Positions 30,510-41,063 of a stretch of DNA of 64,000 nucleotides are shown piece by piece. Origin of the DNA: an uncultured Actinomycetes bacterium (GTDB lineage Bacteria; Actinomycetota; Thermoleophilia; Gaiellales; Gaiellaceae). The translations under genes were made by a program, and so were the position numbers. The notes under the pieces are model-generated. The model was not told where the DNA came from. It was given only the letters and a program-made list of their open reading frames with translations, and did not search any database. Position 1 is the first letter of the stretch. Each line of letters starts with the position of its first letter. Where the stretch lies: contig CAVXXZ010000023.1 of assembly GCA_963765795.1 (NCBI GenBank), positions 8,031-72,030 of the forward strand, given 5' to 3'.

Positions 30510-31528
30510 GAGAGGAACCTAGCCAGCGTGTCGTACACCGCGTGCAGGTTCGCGATCGGAATCTGCTCGTCCTGCCGGTGCGCGTACGCCGTCGCGCCGG
30601 GGCCGTAGTTGATCGCGTCGATCCCCTGCTCGGCGAACTGCGCCACCGGCGTCCACGCCTGCTTCGGGGCGACGTCCGGAACGAGCTCGCGCAGCCGCTC
30701 GACGAGCGGGTTCCCGAGCGCGGGCGGCGCCGACGGTGAGTTGTGGAGGACGTGCAGCTCGCCGTCCGGCACGAGCTCGCGGAGCCGCGCCTCGGCTTCT
30801 TCGCGCGAGCGGCCGGGCGCGAAGCGGAAGTTGAGCTCGGCCGAGGCGAGGGCGGGGACCACGTTCTGCGCGATCCCGCCCTCGACGCCGACTACGCTCA
30901 GCACCTCGCGGTAGACGAGCCCGTCGAGCTCGACCTCGAGCGGCTCCAGGCGAGCGAGTGGCGCAAGACCATCGGCGAGCAGGTGGATCGCGTTGCGTCC
31001 CGTCCACGGCCGTGCCGAGTGCGCGCTCTCGCCGTGGAACTCGACCCGGGCCTGCAGGTTCCCCAGGCAGCCGGCGTGGAGGATCGCGTCCGTCGGCTCG
31101 AGCACGACGGCAAGCTCGGTGCCCGCGAGCACGCCGCTCGCGAAGGCGGCGGGCAGCGGGCTCTCCTCGACGGCGACCTCCTCGCGCGTGAAGAAGACGT
31201 AGCGAGCCGGCGCCTCCGCGCGCGCGAGCTCGAGCATCACCGCGACGCCGCCTTTCATGTCGCTCGCCCCGAGGCCGTGCACGGCTCCGTCGGCGATCCG
31301 CCCCGGGAGGTTCCCCTGTGCCGGCACCGTGTCGACGTGGCCTGCGAGGGCAACCGGCGCTGCGGCCTCTCCCCAGACGAAGGCCTCGCCGTCGTCGTAG
31401 AGCGGCTCACCGGGCAGGAGGCTCCGCACGAGCTCCATCGCGGGCCGTTCCCGGCGGCTCTCCGAGGGCACGTCGACGAGCTCGAGCGTTCGGGTGGCGA
31501 GATCGGAAATGGGCATGGCAGGAGTCAT
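30506..31528 (-). CDS. dapE: Succinyl-diaminopimelate desuccinylase (M20 family)
   Basis: M20 motifs ([17 protein letters not shown]). ORF 30506..31984 trimmed to ATG 31528 ([10 protein letters not shown]); ATG 31516 is also possible. Confidence 0.8.
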   Translation of the reverse strand: MTPAMPISDLATRTLELVDVPSESRRERPAMELVRSLLPGEPLYDDGEAFVWGEAAAPVALAGHVDTVPAQGNLPGRIADGAVHGLGASDMKGGVAVMLELARAEAPARYVFFTREEVAVEESPLPAAFASGVLAGTELAVVLEPTDAILHAGCLGNLQARVEFHGESAHSARPWTGRNAIHLLADGLAPLARLEPLEVELDGLVYREVLSVVGVEGGIAQNVVPALASAELNFRFAPGRSREEAEARLRELVPDGELHVLHNSPSAPPALGNPLVERLRELVPDVAPKQAWTPVAQFAEQGIDAINYGPGATAYAHRQDEQIPIANLHAVYDTLARFLS

Positions 31529-31540
31529 AATGACCGCCGG

Positions 31541-32851
31541 ATGGCGGTGAGACAGCCCGATCGCTCCTGGGCGGCCGAGCCCGAGCGTGGGCTCCTCGTC
31601 GCCGTGCTCGCGCAAGGGACCGACGGCGCCGACGAGCTCGCCGAGCTCGAGGAGCTGGCGCGGACGGCGCAAGTCGAGCCGGTCGGCCGCGTTGTCCAGC
31701 ACCGGCGGCTCCCCGACGCGCGCACGTACGTCGGCAAGGGCAAGCTCGAGGAGCTCAAGGAGGGCTACCGCGAGGCCCAGGCAGAGGTCCTGATCGTCGA
31801 CGACGAGCTGAGCCCGCCCCAGCAGCGCGCGCTCGAGAACGCGCTCCAGGCGCGGGTCGTCGACCGCACGCAGCTGATCCTGGACATCTTCGCCCAGCAC
31901 GCCGTCAGTGCCGAGGGAAAGCTCCAGGTCGAGCTCGCGCAGCTCGAATACAACCTCCCGCGGATGCGGGGGATGTGGCAGCACCTCGAGCGCCTCGGCG
32001 GCGGCGTCGGGACCCGCGGCCCGGGTGAGTCACAGCTCGAGACGGACCGGCGCCTGGCGCGCCGCCGCGTCACGCTCCTCCGCGAGCGGCTGCGCAAGTT
32101 GAGCCGCCAGCGCGACGTCCGGCGCAAGGAGCGGCGGCGCACCGAGACGCCGACGGTGGCGCTCGCCGGCTACACGAACGCCGGCAAGTCGACGCTCCTC
32201 AATGCGCTCACCGACGCCGGCGTCTCGGTGCGCGACCGCCTGTTCGAGACGCTCGACCCGACCACGCGCGGCTTCGAACACGAGGGGCGCCGTTACCTCG
32301 TCACCGACACCGTCGGGTTCGTCCGGCGTCTGCCGCATCAGCTGGTGGAGGGCTTCGCCGCGACGCTCGAGGAGACGCTCGTCGCCGACGTCGTCCTCCA
32401 TGTCGTCGACGGCTCGGCTTCCGAGCAGCGCCTCGTGGAGCAGATCGCCGCCGTCGATGACGTTCTGCGCGAGATCGGTGCAAACGAGCTGCCGGTCGAG
32501 CTCGTGGTCAACAAGATCGACGCCGTGGACACGCTCGGCCGGCGCCGGCTCGCGAACCGATACCCGGACGCGCTGCAGATCTCCGCGCTCACCGGCGAGG
32601 GTCTGGACGAGCTGCGAGCGCGGATCGCCGAGCGCTTCGGCGAGCGGTTCGAGCGCGTGCGCCTCCTGCTGCCGTACGAGGAGGGGGGACGCCTGAACGA
32701 GCTGTACGCGCTCGGCGCCCCGATCGACGAGCGGGAGGACACACCGGAAGGCGTCCTCGTCGTCGCCCGCCTGCCGCGCCGCGAGCTGCGCCGCTACGCG
32801 CCGTACCTGATCGCCGAGGAGGTACCGAGACGCCGCCGGAAGGGTGCATGA
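31541..32851 (+). CDS. hflX: GTPase HflX
   Basis: HflX N-domain ([10 protein letters not shown]...QRALE...[16 protein letters not shown]) and a G-domain ([24 protein letters not shown]). ORF 30743..32851 trimmed to ATG 31541. Confidence 0.9.
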   Translation: MAVRQPDRSWAAEPERGLLVAVLAQGTDGADELAELEELARTAQVEPVGRVVQHRRLPDARTYVGKGKLEELKEGYREAQAEVLIVDDELSPPQQRALENALQARVVDRTQLILDIFAQHAVSAEGKLQVELAQLEYNLPRMRGMWQHLERLGGGVGTRGPGESQLETDRRLARRRVTLLRERLRKLSRQRDVRRKERRRTETPTVALAGYTNAGKSTLLNALTDAGVSVRDRLFETLDPTTRGFEHEGRRYLVTDTVGFVRRLPHQLVEGFAATLEETLVADVVLHVVDGSASEQRLVEQIAAVDDVLREIGANELPVELVVNKIDAVDTLGRRRLANRYPDALQISALTGEGLDELRARIAERFGERFERVRLLLPYEEGGRLNELYALGAPIDEREDTPEGVLVVARLPRRELRRYAPYLIAEEVPRRRRKGA

Positions 32852-33282
32852 CCGACCTGCCCGTGACGCGCCTCCACGAGGAGGCGACGCTGCCTACGAG
32901 GGCGTACGAGGGCGACGCGGGCCTGGATCTCTCCGCGAGCGAGAGAGTCGAGCTCGGACCGGGGGAGCGGGCGCTCGTCGGAACCGGCCTCGCGGTGGCG
33001 ATCCCCGACGGCCACGCGGGCTTCGTCCAGCCGCGTTCGGGGCTTGCCGCGCGGCACGGCATCGCAGTTCTGAACTCGCCGGGCCTCGTCGACGCCGGCT
33101 ACCGCGGGGAGCTCAAGGTCGTGCTGCTCAACACCGACCGGAACGAGCGATTCGTCGTCGAGCCGGGGATGCGGATCGCGCAGCTCGTCGTCGTCCCGGT
33201 GGTCTTGCCCGAGCCGAGAGAGGTAACCGAGCTTCCCGCGAGCGACCGCGGCGAGAGAGGCTTCGGCAGCTCCGCCCACTGA
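32848..33282 (+). CDS. dut: dUTP diphosphatase
   Basis: [21 protein letters not shown] and C-terminal RGERGFGSS. The ATG overlaps the hflX stop. Confidence 0.92.
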   Translation: MTDLPVTRLHEEATLPTRAYEGDAGLDLSASERVELGPGERALVGTGLAVAIPDGHAGFVQPRSGLAARHGIAVLNSPGLVDAGYRGELKVVLLNTDRNERFVVEPGMRIAQLVVVPVVLPEPREVTELPASDRGERGFGSSAH

Positions 33283-33743
33283 TGCCCCTCGAACCGCGCA
33301 TCCGGGTCTCGGCCGTCCTCCGCTGGGAGGGGCGTGTCCTGCTGTGCAGGCACGAGAAGTCGGGACGCGGCGAGTACTGGCTCCTGCCGGGCGGCGGCGT
33401 CAACAGCGGCGAGAGCCTCGTCGAGGGGCTGCGCCGGGAGCTCACGGAGGAGGTGGGGATCGGCGACGATCTCACGTTCGAGGGGCCGGTCGCCGTCGTC
33501 GACTCGATCGCGCCGAAGCGTGCCTTCGTCGGCAAGCACGTGGTGCACATCATCTTCGCGGCCGACCTCTCGGGACGCTCGCTCGAACGCGTCACCTCGA
33601 CCGATGCGGCCGTGCGCGGCCATCGCCTGTTCGACCCGGGTGAGCTCGACGACGTCGTGCTCCACCCGCCGATCCAGCGCTTCCTCGGCCGCTGGCAACC
33701 CGGCGACCCGGCGGTCTATCTCGGCGCCCTCTGGGCACCGTAA
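33282..33743 (+). CDS. NUDIX hydrolase
   Basis: Canonical Nudix box GGGVNSGESLVEGLRRELTEEVGI. The ATG overlaps the dut stop (TGATG). Confidence 0.8.
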   Translation: MPLEPRIRVSAVLRWEGRVLLCRHEKSGRGEYWLLPGGGVNSGESLVEGLRRELTEEVGIGDDLTFEGPVAVVDSIAPKRAFVGKHVVHIIFAADLSGRSLERVTSTDAAVRGHRLFDPGELDDVVLHPPIQRFLGRWQPGDPAVYLGALWAP

Positions 33744-33748
33744 GGGCG

Positions 33749-34939
33749 ATGGCGCCGCCACTCAGACGCGTCTCGATCCAGGGGTATCGCGCGGCCCGCG
33801 AGCTCGAGCTCACGCCGGGCTCCGTGTGCGCTCTCGTCGGGGAGGCCTCGAGCGGTAAGTCCACCGTGCTGACCGCGATCTGGACGCTGCTCGAGGCCGC
33901 CGCGCCGCCGCCGACCATCGACGACGTCGCCCGCGACGGGGCCGGAGGGCGGATCCGCCTCGAGGCGGACGTCGCCAAGGGAACGATCTTCCTCGACGCC
34001 AAGCCGCCCGACACGCTGAATCTCAATCGCAAAGGGGCGCCGCCGGTGCTCTTCCTGCCGGCGAACCTCCGCTCCCGGACGCTCGTAGCACCGGCCACCG
34101 GGAGGGGCGCTGCCGAGGTCGCCGAGCTCTTCCAACCGCCGCTCGTCGACCATCACTGGGCCAAGGCGGACGGGGGACTCGCGCTCGTGGCGGGCATGGA
34201 GCGGCTCGTCGGCTCGAATCTTCGCCACTTCGTGCTCCTGATCGAGGAGCCGGAGCTCTATCTCAGCCCACATGCCCAACGCCACCTCTACGGCCTTCTG
34301 CGGGATCTCGCGCAGGCGGGCAACCAGATCCTCTACTCGACGCACGCGCCGGTGTTCCTCAGCGTCGACAAGCTCGAGGAGCTTGCGCTCGTCCGTCACA
34401 CGCCCACCGGCGGGACGTCGCTCTTCCAGCCGGAGCCGCTCGCGGAGGCGGAGACGTTCCGTGCGCTCTCGGAGTTCGACAGCGACCGCGCCGAGCTCTT
34501 CCTCGCGCGCTGCGCCGTGCTCGTCGAGGGGCGCACCGAGAAGCTGACGTTCCCGCTCGTGTTCGACGCGCTCGGCGTCGACGCCGACAAGGAGGGGATC
34601 CTCGTGCTCGAGTGCGGCGGCAAGGGCAACATGCCCCTCTTCGCGCGCATCGCCAACGCCTGCAGCATCCCGTACGTCGTCGTCCACGACCGCGACGCTC
34701 CGCGCGGCCTGCGGCCGGTCGAGTCGGAGCGGGTCGTCAACCGACTGATCCGCGAGGTCGCCGGCAGCCGGCGGACAGTCGTGCTGACGCCGGACTTCGA
34801 GACGGTCTCCGGGCTGAGAGCGAGCACCCGCGGCCGCAAGCCGCAGAAGGCATGGCTGCGCTACCGCGGCAACGGCGAGGTGCCGGAGCCGTTGCGGGTC
34901 GCTGTCGAGAAGGTGCTGAAGATCGCAGGGGTCGGTTAG
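33749..34939 (+). CDS. OLD-family ATP-dependent nuclease-like protein (ABC-type ATPase plus TOPRIM), compact 396-aa form
   Basis: Walker A GEASSGKST, Walker B/D-loop VLLIEEPELYLSP, H-loop YSTH, a TOPRIM Glu (AVLVEGRTEKLTF) and DxD (YVVVHDRD). It starts 5 nt after the nudix stop. Confidence 0.7.
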   Translation: MAPPLRRVSIQGYRAARELELTPGSVCALVGEASSGKSTVLTAIWTLLEAAAPPPTIDDVARDGAGGRIRLEADVAKGTIFLDAKPPDTLNLNRKGAPPVLFLPANLRSRTLVAPATGRGAAEVAELFQPPLVDHHWAKADGGLALVAGMERLVGSNLRHFVLLIEEPELYLSPHAQRHLYGLLRDLAQAGNQILYSTHAPVFLSVDKLEELALVRHTPTGGTSLFQPEPLAEAETFRALSEFDSDRAELFLARCAVLVEGRTEKLTFPLVFDALGVDADKEGILVLECGGKGNMPLFARIANACSIPYVVVHDRDAPRGLRPVESERVVNRLIREVAGSRRTVVLTPDFETVSGLRASTRGRKPQKAWLRYRGNGEVPEPLRVAVEKVLKIAGVG

Positions 34940-35700
34940 CCGTCGAAGCGCCCGCCGCGGGAGCGGGCGCGACCGGCGGATACCTCGTGGGCGCGGCGCT
35001 CGAGCTCATCGGGCAGCGGCTCGAGCCGGGGAGCCTCGTCGGTGCCGAGCCGGTGCGCGAGCGCCTGCGCGAGGAGCCAGTCGGCGAGCCACGCGTTGCG
35101 GGGCAGGAGCGGCCCGTGGAGGTAAGTGCCGATGACGCGTCCGGCCCGGCAGCCCTCGAAGCCGCTCTCCCCGTCGTTCCCGAAGCCGGCGAGCACGCGT
35201 CCGAGCGGCTCGGCGCCGGGGTCGAGGCGCGTGCGTCCCGCGTGGTTCTCGAAGCCCGCCAGCGTCCGTTTCTCGCCGGGCTCGAGCTCACACTCGATCA
35301 GCACGTCGCCGATCATGCGGCGCTCGCCCGCGACGGTCTCGAGCGGGAGGAGCCCGATGCCCGGCATGTCCTCGCCGTGGAAGCCGCGATAGCCGCGGCC
35401 GAGCAGCTGGTAGCCGCCACAGACCGCGAGCACCGCCGCGCCGCCGTCGACCGCCTCCTGCAGCGGCTCCGCCTTCCGCGCCAGGTCCTCCGCGACGAGC
35501 AGCTGCTCGCGGTCCTGGCCGCCACCGACGTAGTAGAGGTCGTGCTCGCCGGGCGCGATCGCGTCTCCCATTCCCAGTGCGGTCACTTCTAGCTCGTGGC
35601 CGCGCCAAGCCGCTCGCCGCGTGAGCACGGCGATGTTGCCGCGATCGGCGTAGATGTTGAGGTAGTCCGGATAGAGGTGGCCGACGCGGATCGCGGTCAT
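34936..35700 (-). CDS. gatD: Lipid II isoglutaminyl synthase, glutaminase subunit GatD (CobQ-type GATase)
   Basis: Catalytic Cys (LAVCGGYQLLG) and His (GTYLHGPLL). The ATG overlaps the murT stop (ATGA). Confidence 0.8.
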   Translation of the reverse strand: MTAIRVGHLYPDYLNIYADRGNIAVLTRRAAWRGHELEVTALGMGDAIAPGEHDLYYVGGGQDREQLLVAEDLARKAEPLQEAVDGGAAVLAVCGGYQLLGRGYRGFHGEDMPGIGLLPLETVAGERRMIGDVLIECELEPGEKRTLAGFENHAGRTRLDPGAEPLGRVLAGFGNDGESGFEGCRAGRVIGTYLHGPLLPRNAWLADWLLAQALAHRLGTDEAPRLEPLPDELERRAHEVSAGRARSRGGRFDG

Positions 35701-37094
35701 CCAGAGCGCTCCCAGTACGGCTTCGCGAGCCCGCGGGAGGCGAGGAGTCGCTGCAGGCCGAGCATCGCGGTGTAGGTGGGGAGGACAACGAGCTCGCCGC
35801 CCTCCGGCGTCAGCTCGAGCCCGCGGTCGAGCGCGCGGCCGAGGTCAGGCTCGAGCTCGATCGCGTCCTCGTCGAGCCCGCCGTAGCGGAAACGGAGCGC
35901 GAGCTCGGCGGCGCGGCCCCCGCTCGCGACGAGCGTCTCCAGGCCCGGCAGGAGTGGCTCGAAGTCCACGTCCCAGATCCACGAGACGTCGCGCCCGTCA
36001 GCGATCTCGTCGTTGAGCGCGACGACGACGAGGCGCGGTGCGCCGCCGTCCACGAGTGTCCGGACGGCCTCGTTCGCGCCGGCTGGGTTCTTGATCAGGA
36101 GCAGGAGGATCCGCTTGCCGCCGACTGCGATGCGCTCGAAGCGGCCGAAGGCCGCGGAGAAGCGCTCCAACCCGGCCGCGATCTCGTCGAGGTCTGCGCC
36201 CAGTGTGCGGGCGAGCGCGGCCGCCGCGACCGCGTTGTAGACGTTGTAGAGGCCGGGCAGGCCGAGCTCGATCCGGCATGAGCCTTCGGGCGTGTCGAGC
36301 CGGAATGCAGCACGCTCCAGCCCCTGCAGAGACACGTCCCGTGCGGCGACCTCCAGCGGCGGCCGGGCGTGATCGCCGCGCGGGCAGCGGTAGTCGCCGA
36401 GATGACCGACGTACGCGGCGGCGTAGTCGTACGGCGTGCCGCAGCGGACGCAGTACTTCGAATCGGCCGCGTGCTGCAGGGACGGACGAGCCACGCGCGG
36501 GTCGTCGAGGCCGAACGCGACGCTGCCCGCGTGCGCCTCGCCCACCGCGGCGAGCTGCGGGTCGTCCGCGTTGTAGACGAGCCGCGCCGCCGCAGGCAGG
36601 GCGGCCACCGCCTCGCGCCAGCGCTGGGCCACGAGCTCGAGCTCGCCGTACCGGTCCAGCTGGTCGCGGAAGAGGTTGCCGAGGCACACCGCACGCGGCC
36701 GCAGGCGTTCCACGAGCTCCGGCAGCGCACCCTCGTCGACCTCGAACAGCCCGAGGTCGGCGCCACCGGCGTCGAGCAGCGCGGAGGCGACGCCCGAGAC
36801 GAGGTTCGCGCCCGCCGCGTTGTGCGCGAGCCGGTGTCGCGGGCGCAGGATCTCGGCCGCCATCGCCGTCGTCGTCGTCTTGCCGTTCGTGGCAGACACG
36901 ACCGCAGTCCCCGCCGCGAGCCGCGCGGCGAGACGGTCGATCGCGCCGCGGTCGAGCTCGGCGAGGAGCTTGCCCGGGATCGTCGTGCCGCCGCCGGTTC
37001 CCAGGCGCCTCGAGAGCGCGGCGACGCCGCGCGCCGCGGCGATCTCGAGCCCGAGTGGGGGGTGGAGGCGCATCAGGCGAGCGTACCGAGACAC
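35697..37094 (-). CDS. murT: Lipid II isoglutaminyl synthase, Mur-ligase-like subunit MurT
   Basis: Mur ligase P-loop (SATNGKTTT), a Cys4 ribbon (CVRCGTPYDY...YRCPRG) and a DUF1727-like C-terminus. Confidence 0.85.
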   Translation of the reverse strand: MSRYARLMRLHPPLGLEIAAARGVAALSRRLGTGGGTTIPGKLLAELDRGAIDRLAARLAAGTAVVSATNGKTTTTAMAAEILRPRHRLAHNAAGANLVSGVASALLDAGGADLGLFEVDEGALPELVERLRPRAVCLGNLFRDQLDRYGELELVAQRWREAVAALPAAARLVYNADDPQLAAVGEAHAGSVAFGLDDPRVARPSLQHAADSKYCVRCGTPYDYAAAYVGHLGDYRCPRGDHARPPLEVAARDVSLQGLERAAFRLDTPEGSCRIELGLPGLYNVYNAVAAAALARTLGADLDEIAAGLERFSAAFGRFERIAVGGKRILLLLIKNPAGANEAVRTLVDGGAPRLVVVALNDEIADGRDVSWIWDVDFEPLLPGLETLVASGGRAAELALRFRYGGLDEDAIELEPDLGRALDRGLELTPEGGELVVLPTYTAMLGLQRLLASRGLAKPYWERSG

Positions 37095-37145
37095 GCCTGC
37101 ACGGGACTACTTGCGGATTCCCCAACCTGCTCTACACTTATTGAC

Positions 37146-37832
37146 ATGGCTGAGAAGCCCCGCTATCGGGCGCTCGCCTCGATCGACCCGCAGGAGCTCG
37201 CGAAGTTTCAGGCCGGTATCCGCAAGCGCTACACCGACGAGCAGATCGTGGCGGAGATCGTCGCCTGCGCCGAGCGGCTCGAACGCTCGCCCACGATGCG
37301 CGAGTTCGCCGCGGACACGGAGACCGCGGTGCATCCGCAGACGGTGATCGAGCACTTCGGCTCGTGGAACGCGGCCAAGCGCGCGGCCGGGCTCGTCCCG
37401 CGCCGGTTCGCCACCCGAGAGGAGCTGCTCGGCCTCCTGCGCACGCTCGGTGAGGAGCTCGGCCGGCCGCCGACCGCGCGCGACATCGACGAGCACAAGG
37501 GCCGCCTCCCATCGAAGTCGCTCTACTGGCACACATTCGGCTCGCTTACGAATGCGCTGCGCGAGGCGGGGTTCGACGTCCCGGTGGGGGAGGAGAGGCT
37601 CGAGCGGGCCGTCGACCAGGGAGTCGTGCTGGCCGAGAAGCTCGGGCGGCTGCCGAAGTTCGCCGACTGGGCCGAGGCGCGGCGAGCGGACGACTCGCTC
37701 CTGACGGAGTGGCAGGTCTATCGGATGTTCGACGCCCGGCGCGGAGCCTGGTCGACGTTCCAGTTCCTCGTCCGCCAGCGACTCTCGGAGCAGGGCCGGG
37801 ACGTCGCGAGCGACGGGACGCTGCAGCGCTAG
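37146..37832 (+). CDS. Protein built from three homing-endonuclease-associated-type (HNH_repeat-like) repeats, with no nuclease domain
   Basis: Three ~60-aa repeats are visible: (1) ERLERSPTMREFAADTETAVHPQTVIEHFGSWNAAKRAAGL; (2) EELGRPPTARDIDEHKGRLPSKSLYWHTFGSLTNALREAGF; (3) EKLGRLPKFADWAEARRADDSLLTEWQVYRMFDARRGAWSTF. ORF 36369..37832 trimmed to ATG 37146. Confidence 0.6.
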   Translation: MAEKPRYRALASIDPQELAKFQAGIRKRYTDEQIVAEIVACAERLERSPTMREFAADTETAVHPQTVIEHFGSWNAAKRAAGLVPRRFATREELLGLLRTLGEELGRPPTARDIDEHKGRLPSKSLYWHTFGSLTNALREAGFDVPVGEERLERAVDQGVVLAEKLGRLPKFADWAEARRADDSLLTEWQVYRMFDARRGAWSTFQFLVRQRLSEQGRDVASDGTLQR

Positions 37833-38633
37833 CTAGGCGGCTGCGGCCGCGATCGCGGCGAGGCGCGCGAGACAGTAGGCGCTCTGGCCCGGTGCCCGGA
37901 CGGCTGGGAGGGCGCTCTCCTCGACGTAGCTGCGGTCGGGGCGGAAGCGGGCGTTGCGCGCGAGGTGGCCGTCGCGGAGCGCGAGGAACGTCCCGTCGCG
38001 CAGCTCGCTCATCCGCAGCCGGACGCCCGTGTACTCGGAAGCGATCTCGAGCGCTCTGCGAGTGGACGCGAAGAAGACCTCGTTGCGGCCGCGACCGAGC
38101 CACAGCGGCCGGCCGACGCCGCGGGCGGCGAAGACGGTTCCCGGCTCGCGCTGGTCGAGCCACGCGGTCGCCATCGAGCCGGCGATCGCCTCGAGCGCAC
38201 GCGGATCGTTCTGCGAGTGCGCCGCGAGGGCGAAGATCGCCTCGGAGTCGACGGTCATCCGCGGCTCGGCGCGCGCGCAGGAGTGGGGGGCGAGCAGCTC
38301 GTCGTCGTTGGTGATGATCCCGTTGTGAATCCCGACGACCGGGCCGTGCCGGACCGGGTGGTTGTTGGCCGGGATCGAGGGATGGCCTTTCGTGTAGTCG
38401 CGAACGTGGATTAGGAGCTCGTCCGCGTGCTCGGGCACCTCGATGCGGTCGAGCAGCCGGCTCGCGGCAGTCCGCTGCTTCGTGACCACCGGATACGTGT
38501 CGTGCCCGCCCCGATACGCGTAACCGACTGCGTCGGCGCCTCGATCGGCGATTCCGGCCAGCAGAGCCTGCGCAGCGAGCGTCCGGTCGACGCTGCTCCG
38601 AGCCGAGAGGCTATATCCCGCAATGCCGCACAT
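37833..38633 (-). CDS. Stand-alone class II (Ntn) glutamine amidotransferase domain protein
   Basis: N-terminal MCGIAGY (Cys nucleophile at position 2) with a GlmS/AsnB-type GATase_2 body (HVRDYTKG..NNHP..HNGIITN). No synthase or isomerase domain follows. Confidence 0.7.
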   Translation of the reverse strand: MCGIAGYSLSARSSVDRTLAAQALLAGIADRGADAVGYAYRGGHDTYPVVTKQRTAASRLLDRIEVPEHADELLIHVRDYTKGHPSIPANNHPVRHGPVVGIHNGIITNDDELLAPHSCARAEPRMTVDSEAIFALAAHSQNDPRALEAIAGSMATAWLDQREPGTVFAARGVGRPLWLGRGRNEVFFASTRRALEIASEYTGVRLRMSELRDGTFLALRDGHLARNARFRPDRSYVEESALPAVRAPGQSAYCLARLAAIAAAAA

Positions 38634-38743
38634 ATCGTTCTAAGGAAGCTTTTCTCCCTATCGGTATCCGAACCCTTCCACCGTAGGCCAAGTGAGTTAG
38701 GTCTTTCTAAAGGCCTAGGCGGACGGAGCCGATAACGGCCGCG

Positions 38744-39616
38744 ATGGAGAGTTCGTTTGCGGCCGACGGCTCGGCCGCCGAGCACGAACCGGCGGCGGCA
38801 GATCCGCTCAAGCTTTACGTGCGCCAGATCGGCGGCGGCGCGCTGCTCACGCGCGAGGAAGAGCGGGAGCTCGCACGCCGCAAGGACGAGGGCGACGAGG
38901 CGGCGAAGAAGCGGCTGATCGAGTCGAACCTGCGACTCGTGATGGCGATCACGCGCAACTACACGAGGGCCAACGTCCCCCTGCTCGACCTGATCCAGGA
39001 GGGAAATCTCGGCCTCATCCGCGCCGTCGAGAAGTTCGACTACCGGCTCGGCTTCAAGCTCTCCACCTATGCGACCTGGTGGATCCGCCAGGCGATCACG
39101 CGCGCGCTCGCCGACCAGGGCAGGACGATCCGGCTGCCGGTGCACGTGGCCGACCAGGTGCGGCGACTGCTCCGCGCCCGCCGCCAGCTGGCGCAGAAGT
39201 ACAACCGCGAGCCGACGCTCGCCGAGCTCGCACGCGAGACGCAGCAGAGCGAGGAACGTGTGCGCGAGCTGCTCGAGCTCGTGGAGAACCCGGTCAGCCT
39301 CGAGACGCCCGTCGGCGACGGGGAGAGCCTCTATGGCGACCTGATCGAGGACGTCCACGCGCTCGCGCCGCACGAGCAGTCCGCCGAGCAGGCGCGTGGG
39401 CGGGAGCTGGCCGGCGCGCTCGAGCAGCTGAACCCGCGCATGCGGCGCGTGCTCGTCGCTTCGCTTCGGCCTCGACGGCGAGTCTCCACAGACGCTCGAA
39501 GAGGTGGGCACCCAGCTCGGCATCACGCGCGAGCGGGTCCGCCAGCTCGAGACGCGGGCGCTACGCGAGCTGCGGCAGGCCAATCCGGGCCTCGAGCACT
39601 ACTTGCGCGCCGAGTA
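38744..39616 (+). pseudogene. Group 2-like sigma-70 factor, one frameshift in region 4
   Basis: Regions 1.2-3 are intact ([56 protein letters not shown]). After [10 protein letters not shown] (about 39457-39460) the frame is lost. Region 4.2 ([46 protein letters not shown]) reads in another frame to TAG 39616. Confidence 0.8.
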
Positions 39617-39623
39617 GCCCGGG

Positions 39624-40787
<1,164 letters not shown>

Positions 40788-41030
40788 TGCACGATAAGCA
40801 ATGTTATGTCAAGTAGCAGGAGAACGGTCTCGTGGCGCCTGCCGCCCCCCGCGGGTCGCGGCGAGGACGCCCCTGCTCCCGCTACGCCGAGTACGACGAT
40901 GCCGAGTGCGACGGGATCAACCCAGACTCGCCTCTCGAGGCGGACGAGGTACCGGCAGCTGTGAACCGTGCGGAGGTGCGCTCGGGGCAAATCGTTCGCC
41001 GTTGCGCTCCGCATCGGCACTTCTGCCGAG

Positions 41031-41063
41031 TTATCCACAGGATGCACAGAGTGCTGTGGAAAT
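41031..41063. promoter_or_regulatory. Inverted pair of DnaA-box-like 9-mers (TTATCCACA ... TGTGGAAAT)
   Basis: TTATCCACA at 41031-41039 is the exact E. coli-type DnaA-box consensus. The reverse complement of 41055-41063 is ATTTCCACA. The two are the arms of the inverted repeat CCACAG(N13)CTGTGG. Function is unknown. Confidence 0.25.

Noticed and set aside
33282-34939. Calling the OLD-like gene a Gabija (GajA/GajB), PARIS or Septu system.
   Set aside because: No UvrD-like helicase, DUF4435 partner or HNH partner is adjacent. The neighbours are dut, a Nudix hydrolase and gatD/murT. It fits only the generic class-1 OLD description.
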